Below are positions 10,110 to 22,100 of a DNA stretch of 64,000 bases, piece by piece (the stretch's first letter is position 1; each line of letters opens with the position of its first letter). The notes under the pieces are model-generated. The model ran no database searches. It was given only the letters and a program-made list of their open reading frames with translations, and was not told where the DNA came from. Origin of the DNA: a virus; IMG/VR virus record IMGVR_UViG_3300012665_000356, positions 1 through 64,000 of that record; one strand, written 5' to 3'. The position numbers and the translations under genes are program-made.

Positions 10110-13100
10110 ATGGACAAAAAAGTTTTTAAGAAAAGTGGGCTACCAGTTAGAAAAACAGTTGACCTCTTACCTGAGGTGTTTAAAAGCCCTGCTAACGATA
10201 AATTTTTATCAGCTACGTTAGACGCATTAGTACAACCGGGGTCTTTAGAAAGACTAACTGGGTATATTGGTAGAACTTATGGAAAAACTTACAACACCAA
10301 CGATGTATATCTTGATGTTGAAAAATCTTTAAGATACGCTTATCAATTAGAACCTGGTGTTGCGGTTACAGAAAATAATAGAACAAGTAAGTTCTATGAT
10401 TATATAGATTTTAAAAATCAACAAAAATTCTTTGGCAATAAATCAGAAAGAGATGATTTAATAACGGGCCAAGAACATTACACATGGGCACCTCCAATTG
10501 ATTGGGACAAGTTTGTAAATTATAGAGATTACTATTGGTTACCAAGTGGACCAGACAGTGTGTCAATTGCCGGTCAAGGTCAAGAAGTGGTATCATCATA
10601 CAGAGTAAGATCAGACGGTGAAAACGAATGGTTATTCATTCCTGACGGACTTACTAGAAACCCTCCACTGACTTTGTATAGAGGCCAAACATACGAATTT
10701 AATGTCAATGCTCCGGGAGATCCTTTTTATATTAGAACTAGTAATGTTCTAGGAACACAATCTAATTATACAAGAGGTGTTACTAACAGTGGCGCAGACG
10801 TTGGTAAAATTAAATTTACAGTGCCTAATGATGCGCCTGATCTTTTGTATTATCAGAGCGGCAGCAATCTTAATCGTATTGGTTCTTTTAGAATTAGCAA
10901 TATCACTGACAATACTTTTTTAGATGTTGACACTGATATTCTAGGAAAAACAAATTATAAAAGCACAAATGGCATTGAGTTCACTAATGGTCTTAAAATT
11001 GAATTTTTAGGAAAAACTACTCCAGCAGAATATGGCAGTGGTAGTTGGATTGTTGAGGGCGTAGGTACTAGTATACGTCTTGTTAAATTTAGTGATTTAG
11101 AATTGCCTCCAATATCTAATCCTGATCAAGCAGTGGTATTTGATGATGGCGGATTTGATGACTTGCCTTTTGATGACGCAACTTCGTATCCTTCGACCAA
11201 AGACTACATTACAATTAATCGAGCAAGTAAAGATTTAAATCCGTGGAGTCGTTATAATCGCTGGTTCCATAGATCTACTATTGAATATGCTGCTGCTTTA
11301 AATGACGCAGCACCTAGACTGTCAGAGTCTACGAGAGCCAAGCGACCTATTTTAGAATTCAACTCTGGACTACAACTTTTTAATCATGGAATTGTTGCTA
11401 AAAATTCTATTGATTTAATTGATGATTTTACCAAAGATGTATTTTCTACCATTGAAGGTACAGCTGGTTATAACATTGATAACGTTGATTTATTTCATGG
11501 TGCTCGTGTGCTGTTTACAGCTGACCAAGATCCGTTAGTTAAAAATAAAATCTATGTAGTAAACTTTATCACAGTACAATCAAGTTCTAATGTAACAACT
11601 AGAAAACAAATCAGTTTAGTCGAAGCCGATGATGTAAATTCTCAATCTGGAGAATGTCTAATTGTAAGACAGGGTAAAAATAATGCCGGTCTAATGTATC
11701 ATTATGATGGCTCCGCATGGGCTAAGAGTCAATTAAAAACTAAAGTTAACCAACCGCCGTTATTTGATGTATTTGACAGTGAAGGCATTTCGGTATCAGA
11801 CAGCGGCAAATACGGTACATCTAATTTTATTGGAACGTCAATTGTTAGATATAAAGTAGGTACAGGTACAATTGATTCAGAATTAGGGTTTGCCATCAGC
11901 TATCTAAACATTAATAATTCTGGAGACATCCTGTTTGAAGTGACATGGGAAACAGACACATTCACTAGTCAGATAGGCACAGTTACAACGACTAATCAAT
12001 TAGCGTCTAATTATTATAAAATTAATGAAAACCTTTTAGATTATCAGTACGGTAATGGTTGGATAGATTTTGACACAACATATTATCAAGGAATTATTCA
12101 GATACAAGAAATTACAACTCAAACAAATTCAGTTGAGTTTAATGCTTGTTTCTGGAGCCAGGCTACTCGAGAAGAAATATATTTTTATCTAAATGGAAAA
12201 TTAATTAAAGATTCTTGGACTTCAGAATTAACACTGTCAAGAACTTTTACATTTAATAGAACTTTTAACCCTGGCGATGTTTTAACAATTAAAGTATACA
12301 CTGATGCTGAGCCAGATGAAGGGTTTTATGAATTTCCAATAGGCATCGAACGCAATCCATTAAACCAAGATATTACAGAATTTTCTCTAGGGCAGGCCAA
12401 CGACCATTTAAGCTCTATGGTCGATTTTTCTAAAGATTTTGTAGGCGAATTTCCTGGCGCAAGCAATCTTAGAGATATTTCTGGATATCAAAAATTTGGT
12501 AAAAGATTTATGAAACATTCGGGTGTGCCAAGCATAGCACTTCCGCTGTTGTCTGACAAAACTTTTAATATAGTTAAATCTTTGAGATTTGCTTCTGCCG
12601 AATATGAAAAATTTAAATCTAATCTTTTATCAAAAGCTATTGAATTGCCTTTTGACAATCAAGATACTGTTAAGCTAGTTGATGATATTCTAGCAAAAAT
12701 TACAGAAGTAAAAGGCAAAGAGTCACCGTTTGTAGATTCTGACATGATTGGTAGTGGTGCTTATAAATCAATTGACTATGTTGTAGAAGACGAAGGCATT
12801 ACTACGTTTGCGTTGTCAACAAAATTTGATTTAACTACAAAATCATCAAAAGCAGTTTATGTCTATATAAACGGAACGCAACAATTACACGCTGTTGACT
12901 ATGTATTTGATTCAACGTTTGGTTTTGTAAAAATCCTCAAACAACTAAATGAAAATGATATTATTCAAATAAGAGAATATTTTTCAACAGCATTTAGCTA
13001 CATTCCTGAGACACCTACAAAATTAGGATTGTATAAAAAATATACTCCAAGAACTTATGTTGACGACACTTATATTACTCCAACAAAAGTAATACAAGGA

Positions 13101-16100
13101 CACGACGGCAGCATTACTGTTGCCTTTGATGATTTTAGAGATGATGTATTATTAGAATTTGAAAAACGAGTTTACAATAATATTAAACAAGAATACAATC
13201 CTAGAATTTTTGACATTGATAGAAATTTTGGCGGCTACTACGGAAATTCTGTTTTTGATAAATCTACAGTTGATTCGATTGTGATTGCTGACTTTTTACG
13301 TTGGTCGACAACTGTTACTAATGACCTTTACACTAATCTCTATTTTAATGACGATAATCCTTTTACATACACCTATAGTAGAGCTAGTGATTTAAACAAA
13401 ACTAGACAAATGCCAGGGCACTGGAGAGGAATATATTCGTATCTATATGATACTACTCGTCCGCATATTTGCCCGTGGGAAATGTTAGGCTTTAGCGAAA
13501 AACCAACATGGTGGGAAGAAGAATACGGTCCTGCCCCTTATTCCAGCGGAAATTTATTATTATGGGAAGACCTAAGAGACGGATTGATTCGACAAGGCCC
13601 AAATCAAGGAATTAACCCTCGTTATGCTAGACCTGATTTGTTGTCTATTTTGCCAGTTAATGAAAAAGGAAATTTAAAAGACCCTATTCAAACCGGGTGT
13701 ATTGTTGATTATACTATTAGCAAAGATCCATCACCGTTTCTATTTGGCGACATGGCGCCTGTTGAATATGCGTGGAGAAAGAGTAGTTCGTACCCATTCG
13801 CAATAATGGTAGCATCTTCTTTGTTGAGATCTATGGAATTTATTTCTAATAATTTTGATAGATCTGTAATAGATCAAAATATATTAGATCAAATTGTTTC
13901 GGTCAACACACAGCAGTTTATTAATGTTAATGATATAAAAAATTCTATTAACAATTCTCCAATAGGGTTATTTTCTTATATTATAAATTATGTTCGATCG
14001 AATTTAGTTAACACAACTTCCTTGTACGACTTTTTTGATAATTTTGACATTAAGTTATCTAGTCGCATTGGCGGGTTTGTAGATAAAAATCAACAAAAAT
14101 ATCTTTTAGATAGTAAGAGCCCACAGTCAAAAACTTCTGGAGTATTTGTTCCAGCCGAAGATTATGAAATATTTTTTAACGTAAGTTCGCCGTCTTCGGT
14201 TGTTACTTACTCTGGTGTTGTTATTGAAAAAATCTCAACAGGTTATAAACTTATTGGCTACGATAGATTAGATGCTAGTTTTCAATACTACACATATTTT
14301 TCAAAATTTGATGATCCGGTAATTTCAGTTGGCGGAGTAAGCGAATCTTATCTTGATTGGCTTCCTGAAAAATTTTATGCCAAAGGCACTATTATAAAAT
14401 ATAATGGTAAATTTTTTAGAACAGTTCAGACTCATACAAGCTCAGCAACTTTTGATTTAAAAGAGTTTATAGAAATACAAACATTACCGTTAGTGGGCGC
14501 AGTAACAGCAGTGCGTCGAACTGTGTTTGATAAACAACAGGTACTGTCTTTGCCTTATGGATCTGTATTTGAAAGTATTCAATCTGTAGTTGATTTCCTA
14601 TTAGGATACCAAGAATATCTTAAAGATCAAGGATTGGTGTTTGACGATTTCAATAATGAGCTATTGGTTTCAAATGATTGGGAAACATCAGCTAAAGAAT
14701 TTATGTTCTGGACCACACACAACTGGACTCCAGGCGCAATTATATCTTTAAGCCCTGCGGCGTTAAAAATAAAAATTACTTCTGTTGGCAGCGTTGCTGA
14801 TAATCTATTAGATAATTTTTATGATTATTCAATTTATGGTAACGATGGAAGAAAACTAGGATCTGATGCGGTTGATGTTTATAGAACCTACAACGAATTA
14901 TTAATTGCTCCCAGCGATACAACTGTGGGAATTTATTTTGCTAAAATAAATTTTGTATTAAAAGAACATGTGGTTGTGTTTAACGATAGAACAATTTTCA
15001 ACGATGTTATCTATGACAAAGGTCCGGGGTATCGTCAAGAACGAATGAAGGTTTTAGGTTTTAGAACAGCAGACTGGGACGGTGATTACACTAGCCCTGG
15101 ATTTATTTTTGACGTTGCTAATATTAAACCTTGGGAAAAATTTACAGATTATCGTCTAGGCGATATTGTTCAGTATAAACAATTTAATTACGTTAGTAAG
15201 TTTTTCCAAAAAGGCATCGAAGAATTTGATAGAAATGGTTGGGAAAAATTAGATTCAACTCCTGAAACTGGGCTATTATCAAACTTTGATTATAAAATTA
15301 ATCAAATTGAAGATTTCTTTGAAGTTGATTATCAGGGCATCAACGGCGAACAGAAAGTAATGGCTCGCCATTCAATTGGATATCAGACAAGATCCTATCT
15401 ACAAGATATTGCCGAAGACGAAGTTAGTCAGTTTAAACTGTATCAAGGATTCATTAGAGAAAAAGGTACAATTAATGCTATCACTAAAGTATTTGACAAA
15501 GTTAGCAAAATAGAATCTGACGCAGTAGATCTTAAAGAAGAATGGGCATTTTTATTAGGTAGTGTTGGCGGCGTTAATCAGTATACTGAAATTGAAGTTT
15601 CTTTAAAACAAAACAGTTTAAAATTAAATCCTCAGCCTATTTTATTAGATGACAGACGAGTTTCAAAATCTGAGTATCAAAATTATATTTTATTGAACTC
15701 TAACGATTACAAGGTAGGAAATCAAGACTTTAAATTCCCTACAGCGCAATACAGTGTAGGAAATTGGACAGCTGGGTATGTCTTTGAAGACGACGTTGAT
15801 TATGTTGTTCAAAATATCACTGACATTTATCAGCAAGATATTACAACATATAAAAATGGTCAAACAATTTGGATAACATTTACAGATACTGGATGGAATG
15901 TATTACGTTATAGAATTAGCAATATTCTAGTATTAGCAGTTGCAGTTGTTGACCCAACAACGGTTGTATTAGAAACAAACAGAGTCCACGGACTAACTGC
16001 TGGTACTATCATTGGATTAACAAATATAAAAAATCTTACTGGATTTTATCTAATCAAAGCAGTAGGACCAACAAAAATAATTGTAACAATTGCCGGATAT

Positions 16101-19100
16101 AAAGAAGAGCCAGAAATTGATCAAAGTTCGTTCTGTAACGTGTCTTATTTTATTCCAGCAAGAATACCAAATTCAAATCCGTTGATTAGTGATGAGTATT
16201 CTGCGTTACCATTAGGCACAAAATTGTGGATGGACGCAGATGCTGATAATAATTGGAATGTTATTGAAAGAAAAAAACAATATTCAGTTACTGAAATTTC
16301 TGAATACGGAGTTTCATTCCCAACTGGAACTGGATCGGCGGTAGAATATCTTGAAACAAGAAATCAAACAATTGTTTCAAATCCTGGAAGAACAGTTGAT
16401 GTTGGCGATGCTTCAAGAGAAGCAGCGGTAATTGTTTATGCTCAAGGTATCGACGGCCTAGTGCCTTTACAGATATTAAATCCTCAGAGTGGGTTAGAGG
16501 ATACCTTTTTAGGAGCATACGGCGACGTATTAAAAACCAGCAAAGACGGTCGCTGGCTAATTGTAGCATCACCTAACGTATCAAATGTTCCTTCTAACTA
16601 TAGAGAAACATACAGTCAAACAGCCAATTATAATGAAGGCGACACAGTATTATATGCTGGCAAACTTTGGACAGCAATTCGTCCAGTATACAGCGATGGA
16701 AGCACGGCAGTATTTGATTCGTCGGATTGGACTCCTGCTACAACACATAAAGCAAACCCTTTGGGTAAAAATATTTTTGATATTAATCAAGGATATAGAC
16801 GCCAAGGCGCAATAGAAATTTATGAGTACGATCAAGGTCAGTACGTATTTAGAGATACACTGATTAGTCCTCGCCCAGCATACGGCGAACAATTTGGTTC
16901 GTCTGTGGCAATTGGAAAACGACAAGGCATTGAAGGCACCAGCGGCGATATTGTGTTAACTGTAAACAGTATTGACACTGAAGGCGGAATCAGCGAAGTA
17001 TCAGTAGCAGGCATCAGCGGTCTTGCTGATTCTGTGTTTACTAATATCAGCGGTATTGATGTAAGTACATCAGGTGAAAATGCTACATTTGACGTGAGCA
17101 GATTTGGCGGCAACTATACTGTGACTGTGCGTTCAGGCGGCCTACGATACGTTGTTGGCGATAGATTAAAAATTATAGGAAGTAGAATTGGCGGCACAAC
17201 GCCATTTAACGATTTATTAATAACAGTAACCGCAGTGTCGCTTACTGGTGAAATTATTGGTTCAGAAACTTATACTAATATTTCTGGAATTAATTCGTTA
17301 ATTCCGACTGTGGCAGCAGTGTTTACAGTTAGTAAAGTTAGAAATGTCTATTCAGTAACAGCAACAAACTTTGGTCTTGGGTACATACCTAGAAGTGTTG
17401 TTCGTTTTTCCTCAAGAATTTATGCTTGTATCAAAGATACTGGTATTGACAGAGGTGTGTGGGAAGGTGATAGAACCTATTACCCAGGCGACATTGTCAA
17501 ATATCCATCAACATCTAGCACATACTACAAGGTGCTTTCAACTATTCCTGAAGTGTATGACGAAGGTATTGGAGCAGCAATTAAAAAGGTATCTGGAATT
17601 GAGCCAACTGATCTAGCATACTATGAATTAGCCACAACAATATTCCCAACTAACACTGAGTACTGGGAACAAGTATCTGGAGGAATTTATCCAACAGTGG
17701 CAATTCCGTGGCAAGAAAAAAATTCTCGCGGTACATTAAACAAATACGTTGCTGGATCTACCATATACATATCTGGTGATCAAGTAGGCGGAACTACACC
17801 AGATAATGATATTACAATTAAAATTAATCAAGTTGACGAATTCCAAGCAATACTTAATTTTGCCATTGCTGGTACAGCATCGACAGGTATAATTTGGGAC
17901 GGTGAAGCAGCAATAGGTGAAACTACCTACAACGACCTAACAGGCGAAGATGTTAGCGATCCTGGGTCTGGCGCAATTTTTAACATTATTAGAACTAGTG
18001 GAAACTACACCGCAGTGGTAAATGTTAAAGGAACACGATATACAGTTGGCGACCAAATAAAAATTCTTGGAACATCTCTTGGTGGTGTTAAAGAAGCATA
18101 TTATATGATAGTCGGTGCTCCGGGATCTAGAGATGATCAGGGTCGAGCATATCTTTATACCTACGAAGGGTTTACTTGGAAGCATTTAGAAGACAGCAGT
18201 TTCCTAGGCGTGTTTGACTTGACTGAAAATTACACCGCTGGTGCTACTGTCTGGAATGATACTTCATACTGGAAAGCAGTTGTAAATCATGTTGCTGACG
18301 GATCAACAGTTCCAGCAGCACCTGCCTGGGAACAAATTGTTGCGATTAACACAGGTATATTACCTAAATCGTCTGCCTTTGTAGATGATGGGTCGACAAT
18401 GGAATCTGGAACTTTTGAAGAACCGGTAGAATTTTTAAATATTGGTGATCGGTTCGGTTCGAGTATTGACGCAAATCAAGAAGGTACTGTGTTAGTTGTA
18501 AGTGCGCCTTCCGCAGATTCGTCAGAGTTTGATTCCTATAAAGGCATATGGAAGTCGTATCAAAATTACTACGAAGGCGATACTGTTAAAAGAAATAATT
18601 CCTATTATACCTGTACAGTAGATACTACAAACGATATTCCTGAAGTAACCCCCTTAGTTTGGGAACTTGAAACTAATGTTGATATTTCAAGAACTGGTTC
18701 GGTATTTGTATATTTCAAAGATGAAAACGATGTTTATCATTTAATACAAACATTAGATTCAAATACTGTAACAGAATTATCAAACACTGAAACTGGAGAT
18801 CGTTTTGGTCATAAGATTCTGTTAACTGTTGACGGATTGACTTTATTTGTATCGGCACCAAATGTTGACATGTCTGGCGCTGATCAAGGTGCTGTCTATG
18901 TGTTTAGATTAAACAATAATGTATTTGAATTTGATCAAAAAATACAAAGTGTAGTAATTGACGCAGATGAAAAATTTGGATCTAATATTTCTATTTCGCC
19001 AAATAACTCTACATTAGCAATAGGTGCCGAAGGCGGCGAAACATTTAAATCTACAACATTTGATGCTGGCGACACTGCGTTTGACAGATTCGTCACAACA

Positions 19101-22100
19101 TTTAAAGATCCGATTGGTAAGACTGGAAAGGTATATGTATACACACAATATCTTAACAAGTATATATTGTCTGAAATATTTGAAGACGGATTGACTAACA
19201 ATGAAGATTTTGGTCGTTCAATATCAACATCTAATAATTCTATAATTATTGGATCACCGGCATATCTTTCAGATGATCCAGCATTTGATCAAATAAGAAT
19301 TGGACGTATACAAAAATTTACTAAACAAGAAGGCATTGATTCTTGGACTGCAGTTCGTAAACAAACAGCAGGTGTTGATATTAGTAAGATTAAAAATCTA
19401 TCATTTTACAATGGTGATACTAATATTAAAATCGCAGATGTTGATGTAATTGATCCATTTAAAGAAAAGATATTATCTATAGTTGATCAAGATATTGACT
19501 ACAAAACATCTTATGACCCGTCAATATATTCTGTAGGGGCAGATGATTCTAACACAGATGAAAAACAAGCATGGACAGAAAATAAAGTTGGCACAATATG
19601 GTGGAATACATCAACTGCTAAATGGGTATCTTATGAACAAGGCGATACTTCTTTTAGACTAGGAAATTGGTCTAGACTAGCATTTGGCAGTTCTATAGAT
19701 GTATATGAATGGGTTGAATCAACTATGCTGCCGTCTAGATGGGCTGCTCTTTCAGGAACCTCTCAAGGTACTGCTGACGGTATCAGTGGCACACCGTTAC
19801 ATGCCAATGACCAATACTATTCTAAAAAAGAATTTGTAGATTCTATAACAGGCAAGATAAACAAAACTTATTATTACTATTGGGTTAAAAACAAAACCAA
19901 TTTACCAATCAACAGTAATAAAACAAATCCAGCCTCTTCGATTGCTAATTTTATAAAATCTCCATTGACATCTGGGATACCTTTTGCTGCGTTATTAGAC
20001 GAAAATAAAATAGCATTATACAATGCTCCTTATGTTGTTGAGTCTGATAGATTTTTAATGAACATACAGTTCTTTAATAATGATAAAAATCAAAATTTAA
20101 TTCACAACGAATATCAGTTATTAGCAGAAGGCACTACAGATTTACCTAACAGTGAATTAGAGAAAAAATGGATCGATAGTTTAGTTGGTGAAGATATCTT
20201 AGGTAATGAAGTACCTGATAGAAAATTAACAGATAAATCAAGATATGGAATATTATCTAGACCTAGACAAACAATGTTTGTTGATCGAAACAAAGCTGTT
20301 AAAATTTCAGTAGATTATATAAACAGTGTGTTGTCTAAGTATCCTCTTGCTGATACTGTAAATTATAGCACTCTTAATGCTATAGATGCAGCTCCTGCTA
20401 AAGTTAAAAATCTTTATGATGCGTCTTACCCAACCTACGAAGAAATTTTATTAATTAATACTTTTAAAATTAAAACAGCGGTGTTAAGAGCTAATATAAT
20501 CAACGGTCATATTAATACAGTTGACGTAATTGAACCAGGATATGGATACAAAGTAGCACCTCCTATTAAAATTTTAGGCACTGGCACTGGCGCAGAACTG
20601 TTGGCAGTTATTGATACTTTTGGTAAAGTCACTTCGGTTACTGTTGTAAAACCTGGAAAAAAATATTCAACAGCAGCACTACAAGTAAGACCATTTTCAG
20701 TTCTTGTAGAATCTGATTCTACAGTAGATGGCTTCTGGAGTATTTGGAGTTTTAATGATAGGTCGTTAGAGTTCTACAGATCTGCTACTCAGTCTTATGA
20801 CACAACTAAATTTTGGAGTAAAGCTGATTGGTGGGAAACAGGCTTTAACGAAAAATCTAGGATCAAATACAGTTTACCTGGAATATATGCTGAACCAGAA
20901 GTAGAACTCAACGTTGGTGAATTATTACGTTTGGAAGATTACGGCGCCGGCGGCTGGGCAGTTCTTGAACGTGTGGCAACTAATGCTACACTGTTAGACA
21001 AATATAAACTTGTTGGACGAGAGCTAGGCACTATTAAAATATCTGATCGATTCTATAATAGGAACACTGATTCTTACGGGTACGATCTAACACAAAGTTT
21101 TGACAGTGACAAATTTGATACATCGTCAGCACTGGAATTTAGAAATATATTAAAAGCTGTAAAAGAAGATATATTTGTTAATGATTTAAATTCTGAATGG
21201 AATAAATTATTTTTTGTTAACATACATTATGTGTTCTCTGAACAGTTATATGTGAACTGGGCATTTAAAACTAGTTTCATGAACGCTGTTCATAATGTTG
21301 GATATCTAGCAAAGAAACTCAATTATAAGAGTGATAATTTGGCAAGTTTCCAAGAATACATTAATGAAGTTAAACCTTATAGAACAAAAATTAGAAAATA
21401 TACTAGCAAATATTTAAATTTAGAAAATGCTAGTTTAGTAACATCGGACTTTGATCTTCCACCGACATATAATGTTGATACAAATACTATTGATCCAGTA
21501 ACACTTGGGTCAGCATTGATAGATCAATATCCTTGGAAAAATTGGTTTGACAATTACAAATATTCAATAACTGATATTACTATTGTTAATTCTGGTATTG
21601 ATTATACTACTGCTCCGCAGGTAATATTTGAAGGCGGGTCAGGTACCGGAGCAAAAGCTAAGGCATTTATCTCTAACGGAAAAGTAACAGCAATTCAACT
21701 ATTATCAGGCGGCTACGGTTATACAACAAGACCAATAGTTAAATTAGTTGGCGGTGTAGGCAGCAATATTCAAAATGCTGCTACTGCTGTAGCATTTATT
21801 GGAGATTCAAAAGCTAGAACTTTTGATTTGCTAGTTAAGTTTGATCGCTATTCTAAAACAGGCAAATTTAAATCATTTAGTAAAAACGAAAAATTTATTG
21901 AATCAGAAACTTTTGCCAGCGGTAGATCATCTTACGATTTAAAGTATCCGTCTACAACTGATAAGTCAAAAATTTCAATAGTTGTTGGCAACGATAAACT
22001 ATTAGGCAACGAATATACAATTACATTGTTTACTCGAGAAATTGATGGATACACTCAGTTGCGTGGCAGATTAACTTTACCAGCACCTGCTAGTGGAGTT

